A stretch of DNA of 64,000 bases, taken from assembly GCA_050273025.1 (NCBI GenBank), contig CP158635.1, forward strand, positions 4,526,001 through 4,590,000. The letters are read 5' to 3'. Positions 24,301 to 37,070 of the stretch are shown in pieces. Made by a program: the position numbers and the translations under genes. Every line of letters begins with the position of its first letter. Position 1 is the stretch's first letter. The notes under the pieces were generated by a model that saw only the letters and a program-made list of their open reading frames with translations, ran no database searches and had not been told where the DNA came from. The stretch is from Cenococcum geophilum (lineage: Eukaryota).

Positions 24301-27300
24301 TAGTAGAACTAGTTAAATAAGATAAGCACTAATAGCTGCTTAAAGAGCTGCTTATAGGCCTAATAGAAGTATTAAACCTATTAAAAAGGTCTTTCTACTG
24401 GCTAGTAGAAGGCGACTATATAATAAAGGAAGCCCGTAAAGTGCTTCCCCCCTATTTCTATAACTTCCTTAAAATAAATCTAAAAACTAAACCTAAGCTT
24501 TTATATTAGAAGATAGTCAACACTAATATTAAAAAATTCCTAAAAGGCAAACTAGGATTAACCCGCGAAGATATTCTGCAACGCCTATTAAAGGAGTTTA
24601 GTAAATATATTAAGCACTTCCTCCCTAAAAACGTAGATAAGCTGCCCCCTTACTAACTAGAGGACTATAAAATTAAGATTACCCCCAGAAACTAGGCCCT
24701 ATACTATAAAAATAGACTACTTTTACCTGCTAAACTTAGGTATATAAAGAAGTGGATTAATAAAATACTAGATAAGGTTTTTATCCGCGAATTAACCTTA
24801 CTAGCTACTATACTACTCCTCCTTATTGCTAAGCCTGATGGCAGTATATAAGTCTACTATAACTACTAAGGCCTAAATATAGTTACTATTAAGAATTAAT
24901 ACCCACTGCTACTAATCCGCAAGATACTTGACGTACTTTATAGTGCTAAGTACTTTACTAAACTTAATATAATTACTACGTTTAACTAGATCTGGATTAT
25001 AGAGGGCTATAAGTAGCTTATAGCATTTATTACCCAGTTTAGACTCTATAAGATGCTAGTTATACTATTTAGCCTCTATAACGCACCTACTATATTTTAA
25101 AACTATATTAACTATATTCTATATAACGCCCTTAATAACTACTATACTACCTACTTTAATAACGTCCTTGTCTTTTCTAAAATACGCGCTAAGTATACTA
25201 AGTATGTAAATAAAGTTATCTAAGGACTCGGCAATGCTAGACTTTAAATTAATATTAATAAGTTTAAGTTCTATTCTACTAAAACAAAATACCTTAGCTT
25301 AATTATCTTAATTAATAGCATAACTATAAACCCTAAAAAGGTATAGGCCTTATAGGAATAAAAGGACCCAACATTAATTAAAGAACTATAATAATTTCTT
25401 AGCTTCGCGAATTTCTACTAATAATTTATCTAAGGCTACTCTGCTATCGCTATACCTATAATAAAACTCCTAAAGAAGGATATTAGATGGCTATAGGGAC
25501 TAAAATAAGCTAAATTGTTTAAAGCCCTTAAGGGAGCCTTTACTTTAGCACTAGTACTAGTATACTATAACTATATAAAGAAAACAGTGGTAGAGACGGA
25601 CGTATTAAATTAGGCTTTTAGTAGAGTCCTTTCTTAGTATAATAACAACGGAAAATTAAAACTGGTTATATTCTTCTCTATAAAGCACTCTACGCTAGAG
25701 TATAACTATAAGATCTATAATAAAGAACTTTTAACTATTATTAAGGCTTTAAAGAAATGGTGTCCTAAGCTATAAGGGACTAAGGAGCTGTTTAAAATTA
25801 TTACCGACTATAAAAACCTATAGATATTTATAACTACTAAGCAGCTAAACTAGCGCTAAGTCTAGTAGGCAGAGTTCCTTTTATAGTTTAACTTTATAAT
25901 TATATATAGACCTAGTAGTAAAGCTACGCTCCCTAATACCCTAAGCCGGCTACTAGGAATAAGGCCTAAGGACGCTAATAATAAACACCTCCGCTACTAA
26001 GCCTAAGTCGTTATACTACCTTAGAAAATTAACCCTATAATCTTAGAAGAATTACTATATAAGTTCTATAACTCTAACAACGTAAAGTTTATAGCCGCTT
26101 TAGACTCTAAAATAGCTAAAAAGTTACTAGATAAGTTAATCTAGCTAGAATACTAGGAGAACAAACTTATAAGAGATATAGTAGCAGCCCTATATAATTA
26201 GAAAGCTCGCCATTAGCTAAAGAAGATTAGAAAATTACTTTATTGCGATAAGTTAGAATATAGTATTATTAACGGATAGATCTACTTCTACTAATATCTC
26301 TTTATCCCTAACGCCCTAGACCTCCGCCTAGAAGTTACCTATTACTCTTATAGTAGCGGCCCCGCTAGTTACCCTAGCTAGGTTAAAACTCTTAACCTCT
26401 TAAACTAAATATACTGGTAGCTAGAAATCTCCTAGTTTATAGCTACCTTTATTAAAGACTATACCCTATACTTTTATACTAAAACCCCCTATTCTGCCCT
26501 ACCTGGTTTTTTAAAGCTACTAAAATTACCTACCCGCCCGTAGACTAATATCTTAATTAACTATATTATAACGCTGCCGGTATACTAACGCTATAGTAAA
26601 GTATATAAATATATTCTTATTATTATAGACCGCCTAATTAAAATATAATACCTTATTCTAGTGATAGGACTCTTAATAAAGGAGCTAGTTAATAGCTTTA
26701 TTAATAATGTATATAAGCTCTATAGTGTACTAATTACGATTATCTCTAATTACGGCATATAATTTATTAGCGACTTCTAGCAATAATTAAGTAAACGCCT
26801 TAAGACAACCTTATAACTAAGCTTAGCTTAATACTTAAAAACAGACAGCTAAACTAAAATTATTAACGCTGCTGTAAATAAATACCTCTAAGCTTTTATT
26901 AGCTTTATATAGGATAACTAGGTTAACTACCTACCGCTTACTAAGTTTGCTATAAATAACTAAGTTAACGAGAGTATAGGCATCTCCCCATTTTTTATAA
27001 ACTATAGCTTTAACCCTTGCCTTGGAATTAAGCCTACTAGCCCCTACCTACTAATACTATTAGCATAAGCAAAGAAGGAGTTCTTCTATATAGACTTTAT
27101 AGCCAACTACTTTAAGCGGATATTAATATAGCTTAAGGCCCTAGCCTAGATTTTATAGTAACGCTATAAAGATAATACTAATACCCGTAGGGATAAGAGT
27201 GCGTTATTCTATAAAGGCGATATAGTTATAGTTAGCTTAGAAAATATAAAAATAAACAGACCTAAGAAGAAATAGGATAATAAATAGGACGGCCTGTACC

Positions 27301-28480
27301 CCATACTTGCAGTATACTAAGGGGTAGTTATAGTAAACCTCCTAGACCATATCTAAGTAAATAAATCCTTTTATACATCTAAGGTCCGCCTTTAGGTTGC
27401 TAAAGAGATCCCTAGCTAAGTAAATATTAATATTATAAAGTGCTGTAATATATAAGGACGAGTAATAGAGAAAGATAATAACGGCAATATAGAAGATAAA
27501 TAGGAGTTTAAGAAAATCCTTAATGTATATAACGAAGACCCCTAGGGCCTAACTTATAAGATTAAATAGAAATTGTTCGTACTAACTTAATAGCACGAGT
27601 GAGTCGTATCCCGGGGCACGAAATACGTGTAGTATCGTATGCTCTTTAGGATGGTGGTGACTGTCTCTTGTATTGAAGCGGACTACGTGGTCTATATACT
27701 GATGCGTCCTTCCCCCCTAATTAGTTAGTGCTTATGCACCAGACGCGTAAGCGGGTGGTTGGTGCGCCAAACGCGTACCGAACGCGTAGGCACGCGGTTG
27801 GTATGATAGGTGCTGTAATTATATAGAAATATTATAAGGATATAACTTAGCAGCTAAAGGAAAACCTAAAGGGTTGTAAATAAGCTATATAGCGCTTTTA
27901 TAAGCAATACCTTAAGAAGCTAGGACCCCTAGATTAGGTATAAGATAAGAAAAAGTTACGCTAAGGTCGTGGCCGACTACCGTATTAAAATTTGTGGTAG
28001 TTAAGATGTTATAGAACTTTAACTAGCGGTTAAAGTTATCTAATTAGCCAAATTCTCGCTAAGAAACGCCACGCGGATTAATTTAGGTGGTGGTATAGAG
28101 TTCTGCTAACCTTACTTACTAAACTAACTAATTAGGATTTTCTATGCCTAGTATAGAAAATCACTATTAGCTTAGTTAAGGGCGGTAAGCAGAATTAATA
28201 TCTTTGCGGTAAAAAATAGGCAACCCTATATACTGCCTATTTTTAAGTTATCTATTTAGTTTAGGGACTAAACTATTTAGGGGAGAGGAGTATTATTACG
28301 GCACTAACCTAACGTATACTATTTTATACTATCTTATACTATTTCCTACTATTAGCTAGCCCACTACTAGCAACTTAGCGGCCGGCCCTACTATTTATAT
28401 ATAATACCCCCTTTCTACCTTCTTCCCCTCTTTATACTATAACGTAGTTATTTAGTCTACTTTATTATAGCACTGCAATA
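21310..28480 (+). mobile_element. full-length Ty3/gypsy chromovirus LTR retrotransposon (RIP-inactivated)
   Basis: 187-bp LTRs 21310-21496 and 28294-28480, 5-bp TSD CCCTT, PPT aggggagaggag before the 3' LTR. Gag from ~21686, protease LVDSG ~23360, RT ~24650-25330 (RIP'd YLDD ~25150), RNase H VVETD ~25590, integrase ~26300-27050, chromodomain ~27490-27910. Confidence 0.92.
27574..27825. mobile_element. solo LTR inserted into the chromodomain coding sequence
   Basis: 252 bp, tgttcg...atata (RIP'd TG..CA), 5-bp TSD GAAAT. Removing it restores the chromodomain frame, Y.IK(W)K..KD.T(W)Q..E with RIP stops at the Trp codons. More GC-rich than the host. Confidence 0.8.
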
Positions 28481-29639
28481 CCCTTAAATTTAGCAAACTT
28501 AAGTCCTAATTGGTTAATTAGGTCTAAGACTCTACTAATTAAGGGATAGATTATAACTAGTAATACCATAACGCTAAATAGTAAGAAGGCTAGAGTGTAG
28601 TCTAGTTTATAAACCACTTAGAAGAACTAAAAGATAATATACCCTACTTAGACCTATAAGATAATACTATATAACTTTACTAGCTACTTACTAAGCTATA
28701 ACCTAAAATTTAACAGGCCGCCTTAGGCTATACTACGGTTACTAATAGTATAGTTTATAGACGTAAAAGCCAATACTATATTATATGCGCGGAGCCGCTC
28801 TTTAAACTACCTAGCAGAAGTATTATAGGACTTTAAAAGATCGTGTAGATATTCTAGCAGAGGCTAGAATAGAGGGAGGTTTATATTACCGTGCTTGTAG
28901 TAGGCTTTAAACTATAGACTGCTAGGCTATAATATACTAATACGCTAATTAATCTAATATAAGGCGGTGTAGAAGTTATAGGTAATATCTGTAAGACTAA
29001 AATCTAGCTGCTCCGTAATAGGGCGGATAGTAATAGAACTATAATCTAGCTGCTCCGCAATAGGGTAGACAGTAAAAGGTCGCGGCTAGATTAATACTGG
29101 TGGCCGCGGCTAAATTGGTATAGGGGGTCGCGGCTAGATCGATATAGGTAGTATAAGGGGAGAAGCAGCGGTAGAAGTAGTAGCGGCTACAATCTAGTTT
29201 ATAGGCTGTAAAAGGTCCGCTAAAGGCCGTTAACGGGACCGTCCTTTTCTTTTCTCCTATATATAGAGTTAGAAAGGTAGTAGGTTAAAAAAGAGTAAGT
29301 AAAGGATTAACCCTAAAGTTAGTAGAAGAGCGATACTACTTATAGGAAGTACAAAATACATAATTGGAAGGCATTTAGGTGGTAGATAGAGAGTAGTAAC
29401 TAGGGTAGAAGATATTTAAGCAGTAGGGGGTAGATTTAAGGTCGCGAGGTTAGGAATTTAATAGAGTAGCATATAAGAAGCACGTTCCTTTATTAAGTAA
29501 CCCAGACCAGTTTTTAATAAAACTTAACTCTTGCTTAAAGATATTTCAGTATATATAAGATAGATAGATAGGGAGTACTAAATAATATATATATATAGGC
29601 TTATATAAAAATATAGCGAGACTAAAGGGAGTAAAAATA

Positions 29640-32600
29640 TATAATATAGTATTGGTGCCCTTTAGGCTTAGTGCCTCCAGGCGGAATAAACTTTATTATT
29701 ATTATTATCTAAAGTACCTAAATAAGTGGATAAAGTACTAGTATAGTAAAGACGATAAGCTACTAGAAAAATTTAAGGATAAGAACGCCCTATAGGAGTA
29801 ATATAGATATATAAAGCCTAAGGATAGGCTTTACTAAAGGGGGGGGGGGTAATATTGTGGTGGGGTAAAATGGGCCACTACTTAGTGCCTTAGCATTTTC
29901 CTGTATATATTAAGCCTTCGGCTTCTCTCCTTCTCTTAACCATGACCTACCAGAATACATTCTTTCCTTTCTTCTTACTAACTGCTTTCCTATTAATTGA
30001 TTATGACTAATGACTGACCGACCGACCGACCGACAGACAGATAGATAGCATTGTGACTTCCTATCTGAGAGGGACCGCGTCTACCACTATATATGGCATT
30101 CCACGTGGGGATGACGGCAAGCTCTTTGGATTAGAAGTCTGGCATTTTATATATAACTATATATATAGGAGGTACGCAAGAATATACTATAACTATAGAA
30201 GAACCGCTAGCTGCAGAAGAACCGCTAGCCAGACAGATAAGATAGTAGAAGTAGAGAATTATAGTATCGGATAGTAAGGGGAACCAGGTAGTCCCGGAAA
30301 AGACAGGATAGCTAGACTCAACGCACAGGCTAAAGAGAGGCAAAAAGGGGTAGTAAAGGTCTCGGAAAGTTACGTGTAAGGATATTAAGCGAACTAGTGA
30401 GCTAATTAGACAACGTTAACCGGCGGTTAGAGTTACCTAATATTTCTACTACCCGCGCACAGATATAGCTAGAGCTTTATTGAAGATATAGAGATAATAA
30501 GCTAAGGGCTAATTAATTAGAAGGAAATAAGATCTAAGGTATCTAGCGGTAGAGGAAGTTAGCGCTGCCCTTTAAGAACAAAGGACGTAATATTAAGTAA
30601 GGTTATAAGTATACGAGATTGGATTTATCCTTAAAAGCTTTCTATTCTAACTTAGCTTTATCTTTTTTTAAGTTATCCGGATTATGTTAGCGGCGGCTAT
30701 AGAGGCGTTCTATAAAGAAGTAGATATAGGTAGAAGTATAAGGCTTAGTAGCACCCTACCGCGCGGAGTAACAATAGGCTAAAACAGACGGACATATCGA
30801 GACCCAGTAGTAGTAGAAGATGGCGATTCTATACTCTCCTAGGAAGACTAACCTCTAGGCGTTAAGAAGTAGCTAAAAGGAATTAAAGCCTATACCTCTT
30901 TTACTAAGTATAAACTAATACTAGGATAGCCGTCTAGGATATAATTACCTTAGGCGGCAATGTAAGCAGACCTACTATAGTATTTACCTGTAATACCTAG
31001 GACTGATAGCCCTTAGTAGATAAAGGATAAGAACCGTAAGGACCACCTATAAGCTCCTAAGGAAGCTCTAGGTGCGCCCTATAGCTAGTAGTTAACGACT
31101 TAAAATAGGATCTACGTTATAACCTAGCCTATGCCAGCCCTAGGAACTGTTAGATCTCCGTACTTTATAGGATAAGACATATTATAATTTATTAAGCAGT
31201 ATGAAAGACTATGCGCCCGATATTACGTTACGAGCAAGGAAAAGCACTAGGGTTTTCTGGAATACTGCGATTACTAAATAGGAATGTGGATCCGAAGTCT
31301 GCCTAAATTTATAGCCGGTAATTGGACGGAGCTTATAAGGAAGCTTAGGGCAGAATACTAAGGAAGTAACCGCTTTCGTAAAATAGAGACGGTAGAATTC
31401 TTAGAGGCCTACGTACTATAGTATAGGAGCAGCCCACCTAGCGTGCGTAAGTACTGTAGGCAGTTTACACTAATCTCCTAAAAGGCTACTAAAGTAGGCA
31501 ACCTAGAGAACGGTTAGCAAGGATACTGGTTTATAAAAGGACTTCCGCTTAAATATTAAAGATACGCTATAGCTAAAACGGGAGCTAATCTAGATAGACA
31601 AAAGTCCTTTAACTTCTATTAGTTACTAAGAGCTATAAAAGACAGACTTAGTTTAGATAAGGGCGCAGATTATTTATTAAAAATGGACTCTAAGGACTAG
31701 AGCCTTCGTTAGCTAGTTAAGCAGTTCTATAATTAGCAGCTAGCCATAAGCAAAGATACTACTATTTAACCACCTACAATCTTTTAGCCAAGTAAGACAG
31801 CTAACGCCCGTTAAGCCAATTAGGAAACGGGCCTAGAACTTAAGGAGCTTAACCGCTAAAGGAAAGGAAGACGTTAGGACCTAGCTAGGCTAGGTATATA
31901 TAGAGGAGCCCTAACGCGGTAGCAGTTACCCACTACAGATTAGGAAATGGACGAAATGGTAGGGCAGCTAAGGAGTCTAAAATTGACTAAGACGGAGCTT
32001 ACGGCAGCTGCACGGTTAATGCCGTTCCTTAATTAAATACAAAAGGACCTAAAGAAGCTTATAACGCATTTGAATTAAGCCGCAGCTTAAGGCCTAGCAT
32101 AAGGATATGGCCTAGTACTAGGATATAAAGACTGGCAAAACAGCACCTGAGCTCCCTTTGCTCCGCAAGACTTTTAATATCCGCACGATTTTTAATATCT
32201 GTAAGACTGTCGACCTTTATAAAGCTCTTAATATCCACAAGATTCTACTACCTTTAAACGGCCGCAGTAGGACGTACGGGGTCAGTAAGGCACGTAAGGA
32301 CAAGGCCGATGGACCTATTTTAGATATAGAGGAAGTTACTATTTTACTAAGTACGAATGCTAAGGGCTAAAGGATCTTATTTAGTAAGGATTTATATATC
32401 TATCTAATTAAGGAAGACTAGTAGCTAGAACGCGCAAACGACCTAGACCTAAACTTCTATGGCTTAGCAATAAAGGATAATTAAAGGGTATTAAGAACTG
32501 GCTTTATATATACTAAGGAATAGACCTAGATAGACAGGTATATTAGAAAATAGAAGGATAAGGATAGATATAGAAATAGGCCCCTATAGGATAAATAGAT

Positions 32601-35600
32601 TTTACTACTTTCTATAACGGAGTAGTGCTAAAAAATAGTGATAAAACACGTATAAACTAGGAGGACTACTATTAAGTATAACCCATAGACTTAGTAGTAA
32701 CACCTAGCCAGCAATATCCGCAGACCCTTAGAGATAACCGTATAATTAGGATAGCTATTAAGCCGTAGGCTCTGCAGTAAGTGGCGTAGGCTCCGCCATA
32801 AGAGAAGTATATACGACTAGGAGATTACATCCAGATTGGGTTATAGTCTATAGATAAGACAGCTAAAGCTAAGAAGAAGAATAAATTATCTAATCCTTAG
32901 AGACGGTCTTAAAGATAGATGCTTGACCAGTAGGCTTTATAGTAGGCTCTATAGTAGGTGTAGAATATTTAACTAGGGGACAGTTAAGTTCTAAGGTGGG
33001 GGAGGGGATATAAGTAACAGCCGTATAAAAGATTTCTATTTTATCTACTTAGTTATAATATTTCCTAAAGCTCCTTTTCTTATTTATTTTCTTAATTATA
33101 ATATATTAAGACGTATTAGTCGCGATAACCTACTACAGAGATATTAGCTCAGCTTACCGCCTATTACTAAGCTAATAGCGATTTTCTATACCCGGTGCGG
33201 AAAATCCTAATTGGCCTATTTAGCAGTAAAAGACGGTAGAATTCTATACCGCCCCTGAAATTCAATGATGCAGTTGCGCGATAAGAATGATACCGAGAGC
33301 CTTAATTGATTGCACAGATATAGAGCCGATTATACGATGTAGAGCTAGATGTAGAGCTGCACGTAGAGCCTTAATCGATTAATAGCACGGAAGCCTTAAT
33401 TAAATCGAGTGACTATATAGAAGCCCCGACTGGTTAAGGAATCGAATCAAGCCAGAGCCTTAATATCAGCATATCGCCGTCACTAAATCAAATCAGTCAA
33501 ATGTCGTTAAATTAGAGCCTTCGTCCAGGCCGACGTTATTCCTTAATTAAACGACAGCTGATTATAGCACGACTGTTACTGCTATCCGAATTTAGTACTG
33601 CGCCAGCTGCACGACAAGGACGGATACTGCAGTAAGGAAGGGACCTATATAAAGGTAATAGCACGATATTAGTAACAAAGCACTGCGGAAATGGTAGAAT
33701 AGTATACAAAGATGCTCTGCAAGAGATTATATATAGGGTATAGCTAACTACAATAAACCTAAGCTATCCTTATACGACTAAAGACAGAACTAAGCTATAT
33801 TTAGCTAAGCTAGTAAAGGACCTTATTAAGGATTATAAGGGAAATAGGAATTAGACGTACAGAAGCTAGCGCTTTTCCTTAGAGGTTGTTTTAACGAAGG
33901 ACTGTATTATAGATATAAGAGTAAAGGATATGCGATAGAGGTAGTTATAATAGCCGAGAAGCTGCTACTAGATGGTTTTAAAGGACGACCTAGATAAAGC
34001 GCGGAGTTAGTAGGATAATAATAAAGAGAATGGAAGTAGAAGATAGTCCCTAGAAGGCTCTTAAGCTAAAAGAAGATTAAGGATATATAAGCGTACTGCT
34101 AGTAGTGAGGGTAAAGAAGCAGCTGTAAAGGCCTAAGATGCGCCAAGGAAGCTAAGTATAAAGACGGCCTAAAAAGAGAAGGAAGTAGCTATTAAGGACG
34201 TCCTAGAAAAGCACTAGGCCTATTATAGTGGTTTAGAGAAAGCTACCGTTAGTGCTTATAAAGGAGGAAGTCTTAAGACAGGTCTCTAGATTGGATATTT
34301 AGAGAATACCAAAAGCCTTAATTATATAATGCGGAGCCTTAATTAATTATATAGATATAGAGCTTTAACCGAATAACTATACAGCTAGAGTCTTAATTGA
34401 TTGCCTATAAATGCAAAGCCTATAGATATAGAGCCTAGGTTATACATATAGTAGAAGACGCCTTAAGTTAAGCCAGAGCCTCTATTAAATCCTAATTAGT
34501 TAAACGCTGCCTCTATAGTTAAGTCGTTAAATTAGAGCCTTCGGTCGGGCCGACCTAATACCCTATTTAAACGTTAGATAATTATACGCTATCGCAGCCA
34601 AATTAAGTTAGTTACCCGTCGCCAGCCAACCAGACATTTTTAACCGCTAGTAAAAGATACCAGATATTAGCGTAGGCAGCAGAGTAGGCTTAATTAGGAA
34701 ACTAGTATATAGCTAATAAAATATTAGAAACACGGCTAATTAACGTCTTAGAGCCTCTGCAAGAGCCTCTCCCTTTAACCCCTTAATTAATTAATTGCCG
34801 CACGTCTTAACGCCTATAGATTTATACTAGAACGATCTTTCCTATAAATATAGATACGGAGCTTTACCTAAAGTCTTACACGGAGTTATATATAGAGTTA
34901 TACACGGAGTTATATACAGAGTCTACGGATATAGAGCATATGGGTATAGAGCCTTAATTAGACAGCAGTACGGCAGCTTAACTAAACGCCTATATATACA
35001 AAGCCTTAATTAAACAATAAATGCGGAGTATTAACCGACCGTACGTCTACACGGAAGTTTTAATTAATTGCCTATAGATATAGAGCCTTAGTTATATATA
35101 CAGTAAAAGACACCTTAAGTCAAGCTAGGGCCTCATTAAATCTTAATTAGTTAAACGCTGTCTCCGCATTTAAGTTATAGTTAGAGCCTTTAACCGGGCC
35201 GACTTCCTACCTTAATCGAATAACCAAACGATTAGTTGCACGTCGTCGCCGACTAATTAGATGGTCTTTATCCGGCAATTAAAGCAGGCATACAGACACG
35301 TATAGACACTATGCCTATATAGGAAACCAGTACACGGTTAATAGATCGTTAAAAGCATTACTAGTCGATATTTTAGAACTACAGATGTAAATACGGACGT
35401 AGAATATACAATACAGAGCTACTAATATATAGCCAGATATACTACCCAACGCACAGTTAGACTTATAGTTAGACGCATAGTCAGCTGCAGAGCTATACGG
35501 ACGTAAAGCTTAATAATATAGGGCCTAATACAACGCCACGGATAGAGCCTTAATTGAGAGCCGTATATAATATAGACCGATGCAGAGCTAGGTACAGAGC

Positions 35601-36993
35601 CTTGATATTAAACGACTAGCCGAACCATCGAGTCGGGCCGTAGTCTCTGCCATTTTAATTGACTGGCCTGCCGTCGCCGCTGCTGCTGCCGCTATTCCGT
35701 TTGGCTATTTTATCCCTACCGTCTTGACTAACTGCTCTGTCTCTACCGTTCTAAATCTATACCACTGCTAGATCTATCTTACTACTAGATCTGCTGGATC
35801 TACTAGACTAACCAACCTGTTCCGTTCTGCTGTTTCCGCCGACCGCTATTCCAACCAACCGCCGCCGACCAACTGTTCTACTACTACTGCTACTGCTACT
35901 GCTACTGTTACTATTACTGCTATTCTAACTAGCTATTCTACTACTGCTGTTCCACCGTTCTGTTCCACCAATTTAACTATTTTACCGCTACTATTCTAAC
36001 TAACTGCCGCCGACCAGCTGCTACTGACTAACTGCTACCGACCGACTGCTACTGACCGTCCTACTACTAAGTGTTCTGCTATTAAAAGTTCTGCTGCTAG
36101 ATATCCTACTGCCTATTACACGGACCGAGCTCTTCTACCAATTGTTCTATTACTGACTGTTCTACCACTAACTGTTTTGCTTTATCTTACCACGCCAACT
36201 GTCTGCTTTTATTACTATTTCTATTACCGTTACTATTACTGCTATTGCTACTATTACTACTATTATTATTGTTTCTAGTTTACTGCTGTCCTAGTTACTA
36301 GGTTAGATCTTAGCTATAAGTAATAAAGGGGCACTGTAGAACAGTTCTATAGGAGAGCTAAGGATAGGGTTATCTGAGTTCTTTTAGGGGTGTGCTTTCC
36401 TTTTTCTATTCTGCTTTTACTTTACTTTTGTTTGGCTATTCTTCTATAGTATAGAACGTTAGGGGACAACGTTCTTAGTGGGGGAGGTATATAGTGGGGT
36501 AAAATGGGCCACTACTTAGTGCCTTGGCATTTTCCTATATATATTAAGCCTTCGGCTTCTCTTCTTCTCTTGACCACGACCTACCAAAATACATTCTTTC
36601 CTTTCTTCTTACTGACTGCTTTCCTACTGATTGATTACAACTAACGACCGACTAACCCACCGACAGACAGATAGACAGCATTGTGACTTCCTATCTAAGA
36701 GGGACCGCGTCCACCACCACAATATTACGGCACTGGTAGAAAATGGCAGAACTTAGTTAGTAGGACTTAGCAGAACTTGGTAAAACTTTATAGTCCTCTA
36801 TACTAGTAAGTTGCTATAAATTGCCGTATATTGCAGTTATGTAACGTAAAGATCTTATAAAATATTAAGCGGCGCTACTCTTCTTCTCCTTTTCTTTCTT
36901 TAGCTTTAGATCCTTGTTTATAGACAATCCAATTATATAGGCTTATGCGTCCCTCTTACTATACCTGTACCTTAATTAACTAAGTCAATAATA
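29640..36993 (+). mobile_element. 3' end of a second family-A LTR element (internal 3' end + PPT to 29855; LTR ~36723-36993), split by the 29856-36721 insertion
   Basis: aaagggggggggggtaatat | atattacggc reconstitutes the PPT-LTR junction seen in reverse at 14960-14985. LTR 36865-36993 matches the reverse complement of 14713-14840. Confidence 0.72.
29856..36721 (+). mobile_element. non-autonomous (gag-only, pol-less) LTR retrotransposon related to the 37071-47711 element
   Basis: LTRs 29856-30091 and 36490-36721 (tgtggtgggg...ccaccaca), 4-bp TSD ATAT, PBS-like tggcattccacgtgggg and PPT gggggagg. Gag remnant (MPA.GT..SPYF.G.D...FI.QYE.LC at ~31130, CCHC-like knuckle ~32310). No RT/IN recognisable; repeat-rich 3' half. 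Confidence 0.85.
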
Positions 36994-37070
36994 TATAATT
37001 GGTGTTCTAGTAGCTTATTGGCTTTCTTTTATAAAAATACCTCTAGGCGTTTATAATACTCTACTAGTAC

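Noticed and set aside
30092..30112. Assigning a specific primer tRNA to the PBS tggcattccacgtgggg
   Set aside because: It cannot be matched to a tRNA 3' end without the organism's tRNA set.
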